A program made the position numbers and the translations under genes. From a virus (taxonomy: Duplodnaviria; Heunggongvirae; Uroviricota; Caudoviricetes): a stretch of 47,567 nt of DNA. Below are positions 9,927 to 19,396 of the stretch, piece after piece. The stretch lies in the IMG/VR virus record IMGVR_UViG_2913112809_000003; one strand, given 5' to 3'. The notes beneath the pieces were generated by a model, which saw only the letters and a list, made by a program, of their open reading frames with translations, searched no databases and had not been told where the DNA came from. How positions within the stretch are numbered: the stretch's first letter is position 1; every line of letters starts with the position of its first letter.

Positions 9927-10496
9927 TCAGTCTGTAAGTAACGAACAATAATTAAACGCATTAGCAACAGATACCGGATCCGGAAACTTTGCCATAAATT
10001 CTGACTTACTGCCTGTTACATTGCTGCACTGGAAAAACAAATATGACAGATTGCATTTTTCAGCAAACACATCCGGGAATATATCATTAATGTCCATTGC
10101 CAATAATGTGCACTCACGAAACATTTCGGTCATGTCGACACTACTTTCCCGATGATTAATCACCCCACAAGGAACCTTAATCAATGACGAACACCATCTG
10201 AACATGCCTCTGCTCACGGTAAGTGGGCAGTCTGCAAATAGTTCACTCTGAATCTTCGTTAATGCATTGCAATTCGAAAAAATATAAGACACATCTTTCA
10301 GCGAAATACATCCTCTGAATGTGTCAGCCGGTAACATAATAAGTTTTCTGCAATTTGCAAAAACGGAATTCATTGATATCAGAGATGTACAACCAGAAAA
10401 AATCCCTTCACCGATCTCAGTCGAAATATTACAGTTAGCAAACGTTTCTGATGCCGATTTAACTGACACACACCCCGAAAAAAAGTCTGTCACCAA
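9927..10496 (-). CDS. C-terminal leucine-rich-repeat segment, out of frame with the upstream gpI-like gene
   Basis: 189-aa ORF with a TTG start only; continues the roughly 23-residue F-x-x-C-x-x-L-x-x-I repeat of the upstream ORF; the two frames meet at a T7 tract (plus 10478-10484). Confidence 0.5.
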   Translation of the reverse strand: MVTDFFSGCVSVKSASETFANCNISTEIGEGIFSGCTSLISMNSVFANCRKLIMLPADTFRGCISLKDVSYIFSNCNALTKIQSELFADCPLTVSRGMFRWCSSLIKVPCGVINHRESSVDMTEMFRECTLLAMDINDIFPDVFAEKCNLSYLFFQCSNVTGSKSEFMAKFPDPVSVANAFNYCSLLTD

Positions 10497-12339
10497 TGCT
10501 TTCCAGTGATTTGCAGTTATAAAACACCCCGTTTATTCCTGTCAGCTTCTGACATCCCTCGAATAAGCCATCGCCAACATGGGTAATACTGTGGCAGTTG
10601 TAAAACGCATTATTAGCAGAACGAAGATTATCTGCCCCAGAAAACAATCGCGCAGGTATACTGCGTATACTGTCACACTCATTAAATATGCCATCAATAT
10701 GCGCAATTCTGCTTCTGATAACATCCGCCCAGCCACCGGGAATGGTTGTCAGTGTTCGGCAACCATAAAACGCACAGGACAAATCAATTGATGATGCGTC
10801 GTTTTCGTTCTGCTCCCCAAATATCGCCGGGAGTTCCGCAAGATTACAACACCCAGAAAACGCCCTGTAAAAATTCTGAAGTCTGTGAGCTGGAATAGCG
10901 GGGGCATTAACCATCTTCTCACACCCGGAAAAAGCATTTTCAAAAGTCAATGCATTCTCCATACCAGCGAATAATGTCTCCGGAACCCGGACGATCTCCG
11001 AACAGCCACAAAACAGTTTTGAAAGTATGTTCGCGCTTGATTTTGTCGCAAATAAAAGTGGGATGTCTGTCAGGGCAGAGCACCCATAGAATACACCAGA
11101 CCAATTCACCACAGCTTCGCACCTGGCAAAAAGATTTTCAGGTAATTCATGAAGAGACGAACACCCCCTAAAGGCATTCTCAAATGAAAGTACGTGAGGC
11201 AGATTATCAAAAGAACCTGCGTGAATTTTTCGCAATGCCCACTGCAGATTCGCAAACCACGACATGTCTTTTCTGGAACCACTGACGCGGATGATCTCCA
11301 GGAGTGGATTGGTGTTGTTTACTGCCTTCGGGGTGTAGAATGTCAGACTTTCCGCGCCCTTAATCGTCAGTGTAATTTCTTCTCCGACCGGCAATGTGCG
11401 GGTAGCTTTGACCACATCCTCCTTAATCACATAATCTCTGCTGTCCAGTCCATCACCATAATCAATAGTGAAGTCGTTATCCTGGGGATCGATAAAAAAC
11501 AGTGGCATGCTGGCGTTATCTGCCCGGATAATAACCTGAACAACCGACACAACACTTACCGGCAGTCTGGCAACCACTCCATTTACCGTTGATACGACGA
11601 CTGTAGTTCGACCAGACTGTTTCCCTGTCAGAGTAACCACATCACCAGAAACACTTATCGCGGCCACACTGTCATTTTCGATTTGTACAGAAAATACGCG
11701 GGAATCAGCAATCAGTGGTAGCACCGTCACCTGCACAGAAACAACGTCTCCAGGGGCCAGTCGTAAGTTGTCTGATGACAACTGTATTTCTGACGGCAGT
11801 ATCCTGTTTTTCATCTTTTCCGTCGCTGTCACATACCCATAGCTGTATCCGTTCCCCTGGCAGCCCCCATAAACATGAATACTGAACCAGCTGCGCAGAT
11901 TTTTGGCACGTAATACGGCATGTTTCAGATCCTGGTGGTCACTCATCAGGACAGGCAAGTCCTTCTGCTCCACATTCAACCGGAAGGTATAGGGATCACC
12001 AGGCGGCGTCTGCTCATACCATTCCACAATCTGCGACCGGAACGGACTGTCAGCCAGCGACGCCATCAGCGCCGCTTTAGTCCCTCTGTGGCGATGGATA
12101 TAGGCGGCACGCTTTATAGCAGAACGTTTTTCCACCTCCGTCCAGTGTTCATTCCAGGTATCTACTGCCATTTCCCAGGCCAGCCATGGCAGCAATTCAG
12201 CAGGACATAAATCGGGATTTTTCACATAGCGGATCAGACAGACCGCTATGTCTGCCAACATATCTCCGGCGACACAGTCCACCACCCGCTCTGCCCGGCT
12301 GGCATTGACCGGCAGTATGCTCCTGATATCGTCATTCAT
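10459..12339 (-). CDS. baseplate protein with gpI-like N-terminus, Ig-like middle region and C-terminal leucine-rich repeats
   Basis: 626-aa ORF in the P2 gpI position, overlapping the gpJ-like gene; the first ~170 residues resemble gpI, followed by a Val/Ser/Thr-rich beta region and then Cys-containing leucine-rich repeats. Confidence 0.8.
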   Translation of the reverse strand: MNDDIRSILPVNASRAERVVDCVAGDMLADIAVCLIRYVKNPDLCPAELLPWLAWEMAVDTWNEHWTEVEKRSAIKRAAYIHRHRGTKAALMASLADSPFRSQIVEWYEQTPPGDPYTFRLNVEQKDLPVLMSDHQDLKHAVLRAKNLRSWFSIHVYGGCQGNGYSYGYVTATEKMKNRILPSEIQLSSDNLRLAPGDVVSVQVTVLPLIADSRVFSVQIENDSVAAISVSGDVVTLTGKQSGRTTVVVSTVNGVVARLPVSVVSVVQVIIRADNASMPLFFIDPQDNDFTIDYGDGLDSRDYVIKEDVVKATRTLPVGEEITLTIKGAESLTFYTPKAVNNTNPLLEIIRVSGSRKDMSWFANLQWALRKIHAGSFDNLPHVLSFENAFRGCSSLHELPENLFARCEAVVNWSGVFYGCSALTDIPLLFATKSSANILSKLFCGCSEIVRVPETLFAGMENALTFENAFSGCEKMVNAPAIPAHRLQNFYRAFSGCCNLAELPAIFGEQNENDASSIDLSCAFYGCRTLTTIPGGWADVIRSRIAHIDGIFNECDSIRSIPARLFSGADNLRSANNAFYNCHSITHVGDGLFEGCQKLTGINGVFYNCKSLESIGDRLFFGVCVS

Positions 12340-13246
12340 CGGTTGTCTCCACCTTGTTCAGTGTTACCTTACGGCACCACGGTGCCTGCCCCATCGCAGG
12401 AACGATATCGCTGGCAGGAGAGGTCAGATTCACCGTAATCACCCCGGTCTGGTGCAGTGCACCATCCATGCCGGAACGGGATGCCACTGAACCAATCCTG
12501 TGGACACTGTCAGTGTAAGACTGCAGCGCCTTACGGGCATTTGCCATTACCAGTTCACCATCCAGTCCGTAGGGAATATGAATATTCGCCACCACGTCGT
12601 AGGGAATAATTTCTGCCGCCCGGACACTGACAAAATCCGTCAGGGGACGGGTTTCATCATCACTGACTGATGCTGCCACCTTATCCAGCAGGGGTTGTGA
12701 TGCGGTGCCATTTCCTGACCGGGATAACACATAAAGAAAAACCCGCCCTTCCTGCGAATGCGTTTCCGGCCCGTAGGCTTTCACATCCAGCACATCAGGA
12801 TCAGCACTTTGTGCAAAATAGTGGTACGCATTTTTCGCGCCAGCGGTGCTGAGCCGTGCCCATGACAACTGAATGCGTTCGCGAAAGGCGTCATCATCTT
12901 CATACACCGCCGGCGTGGGCGGAATGGTGCTGTCGTCTGCAGGGGTAATTACCAGCCGCTGTACCTGATAATTCGCGCCAACCTGATCCAGATCGTTCCC
13001 TCCGGCACTGGCAAGCAGTACTGCACGAACTGCATCATTTATTTGCTGGCGCATCAGCGCCACCCGAAAAGCCAGTGCCTCCGCCCATTTATAAGCAGGA
13101 TCAGATTCCACCAGTGCTGAAAACAACGTATCCAGCTCCTGATACTTCGCCACTATCTGAGAGACGAGCATTGCGGTATCCGGCACTTCCACAGCATCCG
13201 GTACCGGTATCGCGGACAGATCAATGATTGCCTGAGACATTGCCAA
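12332..13246 (-). CDS. baseplate assembly protein J (P2 gpJ-like)
   Basis: 304-aa ORF in the J position between the W-like and I-like genes. Confidence 0.85.
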   Translation of the reverse strand: MAMSQAIIDLSAIPVPDAVEVPDTAMLVSQIVAKYQELDTLFSALVESDPAYKWAEALAFRVALMRQQINDAVRAVLLASAGGNDLDQVGANYQVQRLVITPADDSTIPPTPAVYEDDDAFRERIQLSWARLSTAGAKNAYHYFAQSADPDVLDVKAYGPETHSQEGRVFLYVLSRSGNGTASQPLLDKVAASVSDDETRPLTDFVSVRAAEIIPYDVVANIHIPYGLDGELVMANARKALQSYTDSVHRIGSVASRSGMDGALHQTGVITVNLTSPASDIVPAMGQAPWCRKVTLNKVETTDE

Positions 13247-13577
13247 TTTTTATCTCCTCGAGTCGAATCGTGTCCTGAGTTTCGTTGTTCACCCCGACAA
13301 GCGTCAGCCAGGCGCTCCCTTCTCCTGTCCACGTCACCTCCACCCGCCGGAGGGTCAGGCGGGGTTCCCAGCGTTCAAGGGCGGTTGCCGTTTCACGGAC
13401 AATTCTCACCCGCGTGAAATCATCCTGTGGGTTATCAAGCAGACTGAACAGTCTGCTGCCGTATTCCCTGAGCAGTACCCGGCTGCCGACCGGCGTTGAC
13501 AAAATATCGGTGACGGACTGGCGCAGATGTTCGTTACCGTGCAGATATCTGCCGGTGGCTGAATCAATACCAATCAT
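13221..13577 (-). CDS. baseplate protein W (gpW/gp25-like)
   Basis: 118-aa ORF between the V-like and J-like genes. Confidence 0.8.
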   Translation of the reverse strand: MIGIDSATGRYLHGNEHLRQSVTDILSTPVGSRVLLREYGSRLFSLLDNPQDDFTRVRIVRETATALERWEPRLTLRRVEVTWTGEGSAWLTLVGVNNETQDTIRLEEIKIGNVSGNH

Positions 13578-13610
13578 GTTGTTTATTCCGGAAAAAAACT
13601 GAAAAGGAGA

Positions 13611-14234
13611 TTACATTTGCTGACCAGGCTGTCCGGTGCTGCCACCACTGTCGCCCCGGTGATTGTGACCGTTATAGACAAGCCGGATTTGACTCATCGT
13701 TCCGTAATAATCAGAAACCTCACCACCGACCGTCAGATCCGCCTTAACTACCGCTTCAGTATTCATGGTTGCTTTACCATGTACGGTCAGGGTGTCTGTG
13801 ATTTCTACCGGACCGTCCAGGGTTCCCTTGCCGGTAATTTTATAGCTACCGCCTTCAGCCAGCGTGATGGACAGGGCATTAGCCTTACGGTCGTAACGGA
13901 TTTCCGTTCCGGTATCAAACAAAATAACATGTTCGTATTTACTGCCCTCAGGGACAGGGATAGCGTCAATATTGGCCCCCGGATACACCCGACCGTTACG
14001 CAGATCGCCCGCCTCCGATATCACCGTAACGGCATCGCCGGGGGCCGGATAATTACTGACCTGCATGTAGCGCCCGGACTGCACCTGAATCCAGGGTAAC
14101 GGCGGCGAAAGCACATCCCCGATATCCACCCGAACCATCACCGGACTACCCGGTATCACTTCCTCCACCACCCCACGCCGCACCATATCCGCCACCCTGC
14201 GGCGTAACTCTGCCACTTCATCTGCCAGACTCAT
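13611..14234 (-). CDS. baseplate spike protein V (gpV-like)
   Basis: Start assigned to an internal ATG at 14234 (MSLADEVAELRRR); the ORF's 5' extension overlaps the upstream gene; an alternative ATG lies upstream. Confidence 0.75.
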   Translation of the reverse strand: MSLADEVAELRRRVADMVRRGVVEEVIPGSPVMVRVDIGDVLSPPLPWIQVQSGRYMQVSNYPAPGDAVTVISEAGDLRNGRVYPGANIDAIPVPEGSKYEHVILFDTGTEIRYDRKANALSITLAEGGSYKITGKGTLDGPVEITDTLTVHGKATMNTEAVVKADLTVGGEVSDYYGTMSQIRLVYNGHNHRGDSGGSTGQPGQQM

Positions 14235-14784
14235 TGCCGGTGCCCTCGGTTTTCCAGATAAGACGATAATCCCGCTCATGTCTCTTGCCAGTTTCCGGTA
14301 CTTTCCCCAGCCAGACTTCCTGTAATGGCGCACCTGCCGTAACCGCGAACGGATCTTCCCCGACAGGAATATCCTGTTCGAAAGAAACACGGAAAACGAT
14401 GTAGTCATCCAGAAGCCGGTCGAAGGTATCCACCTCTGCATCAATAAAAACAGCCGGATCAACGTTATCCAGCCCGAACGTGGCCCCCTCAATCCAGTCA
14501 GACAAATCCATCGCCAGGCAACGGGCAAAAATCTGCGGTTTTGGCACGTTTTCCGTCTTTCCGGCCCGGTCTGTCACCACAAACAGATCACATTTCAGCG
14601 TGACCCGCGTCTGCCCGTCGGCAAACTGAGTCTTGTCCCAGCCAGGTACATCCACAAACACGACAGGCGTCACCAGTTGCGTCACTTTTTCCGGGTATTC
14701 ATCAGCATCTTCCACCCAGGGAATTTGTTTCAGACTGTCAATCACCGCCTGATGCCAGGCTCCCATCATCAATGGCTCCATCAC
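14218..14784 (-). CDS. hypothetical virion protein (tail completion region)
   Basis: 188-aa acidic ORF between the head genes and baseplate V, in the position of P2 R/S-type tail completion genes. Confidence 0.5.
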   Translation of the reverse strand: MMEPLMMGAWHQAVIDSLKQIPWVEDADEYPEKVTQLVTPVVFVDVPGWDKTQFADGQTRVTLKCDLFVVTDRAGKTENVPKPQIFARCLAMDLSDWIEGATFGLDNVDPAVFIDAEVDTFDRLLDDYIVFRVSFEQDIPVGEDPFAVTAGAPLQEVWLGKVPETGKRHERDYRLIWKTEGTGNESGR

Positions 14785-15503
14785 TCCAGCCCCTTAAATA
14801 CCCGGAATTTCAGTTCATGCTCAAAATTTTTCAGGATCAGTGCTTCCGCATCCGGAAAAACAAAATCCTCTATACGGTTCAGCATGGCTTCATAAATATC
14901 AATTTCCGCTTCACGCACCCTCCGTCGTCCGGATGCCTGTCGGACCAGTATCGTTTTCCTTTTTGATATACGTCCGTTACGATTTTCCGTTTCGAACTGG
15001 TTGATGAAGGCATCATCCGTTGACCAGGTGGTGACAGGCAGGGATTCCCCGGAAGGTTTAAAACGGATCTCCCGCGCCTTCCTGCGGTGGGAAGCTGGTG
15101 CAAAACGTCCCCGCTCATCGCGCAACTGATGACGTTCGCCGCGTCGTCCCCCACTGATGCGTCCGCGCAGATCACGTACTTTGATGGCATTCAGACCAAA
15201 CCACACCTTCGCCTCATCAAACTCATCACCGTTACGACGAATGACAAAATTATGCAGAACACGCTTTTTGATCATTTTCTGACTGCGTGGGGCAACCTGT
15301 TTTTTAAACTCTGCCATAGCCTTCATCCGCAGTGCAGACGAAGCTCTTTTCAGTGCCACGCCCCAGGCTTTACGGATCTGGCTTTTTGAACCGCCCAGTT
15401 TAACGATAATTTTCAGCACCTCATCTTCATCAATATCGACGACGAGGTTTCGTGCCAGCCGTCGCTGCCGGGCACTGCTTCGTTCATGCTCTCTGACTGC
15501 CAT
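14781..15503 (-). CDS. putative virion morphogenesis / tail completion protein
   Basis: 240-aa basic ORF overlapping its neighbours by 4 and 20 nt within the head-tail joining region. Confidence 0.5.
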   Translation of the reverse strand: MAVREHERSSARQRRLARNLVVDIDEDEVLKIIVKLGGSKSQIRKAWGVALKRASSALRMKAMAEFKKQVAPRSQKMIKKRVLHNFVIRRNGDEFDEAKVWFGLNAIKVRDLRGRISGGRRGERHQLRDERGRFAPASHRRKAREIRFKPSGESLPVTTWSTDDAFINQFETENRNGRISKRKTILVRQASGRRRVREAEIDIYEAMLNRIEDFVFPDAEALILKNFEHELKFRVFKGLE

Positions 15504-15891
15504 AACGTTTACTCGGTCGTTCCGGCGCGGAAGGTGTATTTCTCCCCGGCTCTCCCCGCGCGAGGGTGATGGTAATCACACCCTGACCCGCAGTGCCTGA
15601 CTCATCCCAGCCGGGATCGAGTACCTGGTAGGGTTCGCCGTGGATCATGACCCTGTCATATTTTTTCAGACCGGCGGCCCATGCACTCCGGGTAAATAAC
15701 ACGGGCGCAGTATCACGAATTTCGCCGCTGCCAGTGTTCATCCCGGTGTTATCTGCCGGGGCATCGAAAACGGCACGGATTTTTCTTTCCGTGCCGCCAG
15801 GATATATGCTGATTTCCGTCCCCATCGTATCCAGGATGATGTCATCCGCATCACTCATGGCCTGATCGAACAGATTATCGAACATCATCAC
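15484..15891 (-). CDS. putative head-tail joining protein
   Basis: 135-aa ORF two genes downstream of the major capsid gene. Confidence 0.5.
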   Translation of the reverse strand: MMMFDNLFDQAMSDADDIILDTMGTEISIYPGGTERKIRAVFDAPADNTGMNTGSGEIRDTAPVLFTRSAWAAGLKKYDRVMIHGEPYQVLDPGWDESGTAGQGVITITLARGEPGRNTPSAPERPSKRYGSQRA

Positions 15892-16256
15892 TCCCGGATT
15901 TTTTCTGCCAGACCGTCCGCCAGTAATGCAGGAACGGCAGCTTCATTAACCAGCACAACACTGGAGGCCCGGGCGAACATCAACATCTTTCCTGTCGCTG
16001 CATCACAGGCTGGCATATGTGCCGTTTTCAGCATGCGCACCCGAACGAGTCCCCGCTCAGAATGCATCCCGTCGCCGGATACGTTGTTGTCCACCTCTTC
16101 CGCCCCTGTATCCCCCACATCAAATCCAGCGGCCTCCTCTTCCCATTCCGCCAGGCGCTGTTCAAGATCGGCTTTTGAACCTGAAATATCTGCTTCACGC
16201 CCCAGAATCACTGCCAGCTCCTGAAGGCGTTCCGTCATCTGCTCTTTTGTCATCAC
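15888..16256 (-). CDS. putative DNA packaging / head stabilisation protein (FI position)
   Basis: 122-aa acidic ORF immediately downstream of the major capsid gene, as lambda FI is. Confidence 0.5.
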   Translation of the reverse strand: MMTKEQMTERLQELAVILGREADISGSKADLEQRLAEWEEEAAGFDVGDTGAEEVDNNVSGDGMHSERGLVRVRMLKTAHMPACDAATGKMLMFARASSVVLVNEAAVPALLADGLAEKIRE

Positions 16257-16303
16257 ATCTCTCCCGTGCGCTAAAGAAAAAGGCGGGAATATCCCGCCCA
16301 GTC

Positions 16304-17332
16304 TTATTTCACCTGAACCACCACAAACGCATCCGGATCCGGCAGCACCATCAAAGGTGCAGACTGCGTCATGGTATATTCACAACCAGGATCACCCACT
16401 TCCTCCCAGTGTTTCGGATAACGAATTGCAGAGGTGATCCCTTCACTCAGCGCCTGATTATCCTGAATAGCACCATAGCAACGGACGCCTTCCGCCTGGG
16501 TATTTCCCAGAATCAGTGTACCTTCAGGCAGATAACGCTGTTCATCCCCGTTTTCGTCAACATACGTTGTCTTCGCCACCACGACAGCCAGATCGCCGTA
16601 CCAGCCCTTAAAGGAAACCACGGAACCCAGATCTTTCAGTGCCGTTTCCAGCTCAGATTTGGAGCCACGGCGTGTATCCAGTTTTTCACGGAACAGTTTA
16701 AAACCGTTCAGCATACGCCAGACCGTGCCGTCCATAATCGCGATATTGATGGTGCCGGAAGCAAAATCGCAGTACGCATCCAGATCATGCGTCGGATCGA
16801 AGGTGTCATTATTCTGCTGTGACCATTCGCGTCCGCCAGCCTGTGTAATGTTATTGGCGGCAGAGCGCCCAAAATCCACTTCCACCGTCTCAAACTGCTC
16901 GCCGCTCATGGTGTATTTACCCTGCAGAACGGCGCTGACTGCCTGCATTTCTTCCACCTGCACAATTGCCTGCTCCTCCTGTTTCAGGTTGTCCGTCAGA
17001 ATACGCAGACGGCGGTAGGCCGGGTCATTAAGGCGGGCCGGATCTTCCCCCGGAAGACGTTCTACCGCCTGCTGATAATCAAAGCGGTGTTTTGGTTTTA
17101 CGTAGCCGGGACGTAACACGCGGGTTTCACCACCACGGCTGCGCAGCACTTTGCCTGACACCACCGGAGACACATACGCCGCAACCGGCGTTTTGCCGGT
17201 AATTTTATCCAGCATGACTTCCTGAGTATGAAAAGTGATCGTGCGGCGAAAGAACAGCTCCAGAAACAGCGCACGAAATTTCACTTTCTGCTCGGTGTAC
17301 CCGAGTAACTGACGCGTGGTAAATAACCCCAT
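16304..17332 (-). CDS. major capsid protein (lambda gpE-like)
   Basis: 342-aa ORF sharing long motifs with lambda gpE as recalled, for example AIVQVEEMQAVSAVLQGKYTM, KLDTRRGSKSELETA and MTQSAPLM. Confidence 0.95.
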   Translation of the reverse strand: MGLFTTRQLLGYTEQKVKFRALFLELFFRRTITFHTQEVMLDKITGKTPVAAYVSPVVSGKVLRSRGGETRVLRPGYVKPKHRFDYQQAVERLPGEDPARLNDPAYRRLRILTDNLKQEEQAIVQVEEMQAVSAVLQGKYTMSGEQFETVEVDFGRSAANNITQAGGREWSQQNNDTFDPTHDLDAYCDFASGTINIAIMDGTVWRMLNGFKLFREKLDTRRGSKSELETALKDLGSVVSFKGWYGDLAVVVAKTTYVDENGDEQRYLPEGTLILGNTQAEGVRCYGAIQDNQALSEGITSAIRYPKHWEEVGDPGCEYTMTQSAPLMVLPDPDAFVVVQVK

Positions 17333-17401
17333 AATTTATTTTCCTTCATAAATACAAACGGGCCGCATCGCGACCCGTTTTTTCAGTTAATCACTTCACC
17401 A

Positions 17402-17737
17402 TCAGGCGTGGCTGATGGCACTTCCCACAAAAGCGTTGGCTTTTTTCACCGCATCCACCGAACCAGGCCAGACCAGCGATTCAGTGGCAAACGTACCGCT
17501 TTTGTAATACGTCAGCGTGGGCTCGGTCCCGGCAAGCGCCAGAGCCAGCACCCCCACAGCCGTTCCGGCTTTCTGACCATCCCAGACCACCAGTTTTCCG
17601 GTGGCGTCATCCACCATCAATGGCGTCAGTGCAGGCGTGGCAGCACTGATACCACTGGTGGCTGTTGCGGTATGCGCCGGATCGCTTCCGGCAAAAATGC
17701 GCACATCTGCACGCTTTTCCGTGGTGGTTTTAATCAT
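17402..17737 (-). CDS. head decoration protein (lambda gpD-like)
   Basis: 111-aa ORF with the motifs SDPAHTATA and TYYKSGTF, between the protease and capsid genes. Confidence 0.85.
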   Translation of the reverse strand: MIKTTTEKRADVRIFAGSDPAHTATATSGISAATPALTPLMVDDATGKLVVWDGQKAGTAVGVLALALAGTEPTLTYYKSGTFATESLVWPGSVDAVKKANAFVGSAISHA

Positions 17738-17776
17738 TTTCTCAGTCTCCTGATTTATCTGAATTCCGGATACCGC

Positions 17777-19396
17777 TTACGGCATACTCATCAGCAGATC
17801 TTCTTCCCCACGCCCGGCAGTTCCGCCACCGGAAACCGCGCTGGCGGCATGCTGTGCCATAAAGCGATCAAAAAGTGTTTCCTGTGACGGTTGCGATGCC
17901 GCCGGTGCGGCTGCCAGCAACGTTTTCGCCTGCTCCACCGTCATTCCCGGTTGTTCTGCCAGCGCCTGTGCGAGTTGCTCGCGCCCTTTCGCCTCGGGCA
18001 GTGCCATAATTTGATTGCCAATACTTGCTGAACCAGCAACCGGTGCCGCCGCCAGTAACGTTTTCGCCTGGTCAACAGTCATTCCCGGCTGTTCAACCAG
18101 CGCCTGTGCGAGTTGTTCGCGCCCTTTTGCTTCCGGCAACGCCATAATCTGATCGCCTGTACCTGCAGCACTGGCAGCAGGGGCTGCCGCCAGAAACGCT
18201 TTCGCCTGCTTCACCGTCATCCCCGGTTGGCCTGCCAGCATCTGTGCCAGCTGTTCACGCCCTTCTGCTTCCGGCAGCGCCATAATCTGATCACCCGTGC
18301 TGCCAGTACCGGCAACCGGCGCTGCTGCAAGCAACGTTTTCGCCTGCTCCACCGTCATACCTGGCTGGCCTGCCAGCATCTGTGCCAGTTGCTCGCGCCC
18401 TTTCGCCTCCTGACAATTCAGGATCCCCATCACACGCTGATTTTCCTGGGCCACCGCTTCAGCAACGGTGAGATTTTTAACAGTCATTGCATTCTCCTTC
18501 GTAACAGAGTCATTCAGTGCAGAAACCATCACTTCAACGGCATCTGCAGCATTAATCAGTTGATCAGCCAGGCCTGCATCAATGCCTGCCTGACCGTCAT
18601 AAACGGCAGCCTCGGTATTCATCACCGTCTCTGAACTCAGCCCCGTGTAAATTGCCACCTTGTCGACAAACATCCGGCGGGCCTCATCAATACGGCGCTG
18701 AAAATCCGCACGCACACCTGCCGGCAACGCCTGAATACTATTGCCGTCAACCTTGTGCTGCCCGGAGTAAATCAGCGTGATATCCACCCCTTCCTGTGCC
18801 AGTTGTTTCTCGTAACTGGTGTGCGCCATCATCACGCCAATCGAACCAATTTTTGCCGTCTGCGTGACCAGCCGACGAGTACAGGCTGCTGCCAGCAACA
18901 TGGCGGCTGAACAGGCCATGTCATTACACAGCGCCCACACAGGTTTCTGTTCCCGCAGACGGTAAATCATGTCAGCGCAGTCAAACGCCCCGGCAGCCTG
19001 GCCGCCCGGACTGTCGATATCCAGCAAAATGCCGCGCACATCCGGATCATTCACCGCCATCTGAAGGCGGGCCGTCAGGCCGTCATAGCCGGTCATGCCG
19101 GAATAAGGCCGCAGAGTGCCCAGTTTATGCACCAGTGTGCCGCTCACCGGCAGAATGGCGATACCATTCTTCACCTGGTAGCTCTTTGCCGGACGCTGAC
19201 CGCCCGCCATATAGTCAGTCACCGCCAGTTGCATGCCGTCCGCATCAAGCTGAACGTCCAGTTGCGGAACAACAAGGCTGCCTGCCCCCATCTCCTTACC
19301 CAGCGCGCAAAAGAAAACCCGCGCATAGGCGGGTTCCAGTAAAAGCGGTTCATTAAATGCCATGGCAGCAATATGCGATAAATTACGACGCATCAC
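17777..19396 (-). CDS. head maturation protease / scaffold (lambda gpC/Nu3-like, S49 peptidase)
   Basis: 539-aa ORF; N-terminus MAFNEPLLLEPAYARVFFCAL matches lambda gpC as recalled; C-terminal part carries tandem repeats of the Nu3-like GREQLAQ..PGMTV motif. Confidence 0.9.
   Translation of the reverse strand: MMRRNLSHIAAMAFNEPLLLEPAYARVFFCALGKEMGAGSLVVPQLDVQLDADGMQLAVTDYMAGGQRPAKSYQVKNGIAILPVSGTLVHKLGTLRPYSGMTGYDGLTARLQMAVNDPDVRGILLDIDSPGGQAAGAFDCADMIYRLREQKPVWALCNDMACSAAMLLAAACTRRLVTQTAKIGSIGVMMAHTSYEKQLAQEGVDITLIYSGQHKVDGNSIQALPAGVRADFQRRIDEARRMFVDKVAIYTGLSSETVMNTEAAVYDGQAGIDAGLADQLINAADAVEVMVSALNDSVTKENAMTVKNLTVAEAVAQENQRVMGILNCQEAKGREQLAQMLAGQPGMTVEQAKTLLAAAPVAGTGSTGDQIMALPEAEGREQLAQMLAGQPGMTVKQAKAFLAAAPAASAAGTGDQIMALPEAKGREQLAQALVEQPGMTVDQAKTLLAAAPVAGSASIGNQIMALPEAKGREQLAQALAEQPGMTVEQAKTLLAAAPAASQPSQETLFDRFMAQHAASAVSGGGTAGRGEEDLLMSMP
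17900..18400 (-). repeat. in-frame tandem repeats (about 3.6 copies of ~138 bp) inside the protease/scaffold gene
   Basis: The protein segment GREQLAQ(M/A)LA(G/E)QPGMTV.QAK..LAAAP...G..IMALPEA(E/K) recurs at residues 333, 379, 424 and 471. Confidence 0.8.

Noticed and set aside
16019-16822. 267-aa plus-strand ORF
   Set aside because: Entirely antisense to the well-supported major capsid gene; Arg/Pro/His-rich translation typical of a reverse-strand artefact.
18113-18634. Plus-strand 173-aa ORF with internally repeated peptide, and the possibility of a CRISPR-like array
   Set aside because: It is the antisense shadow of the in-frame tandem repeats in the protease gene; units are about 138 bp, contiguous, with no spacers and no cas genes.
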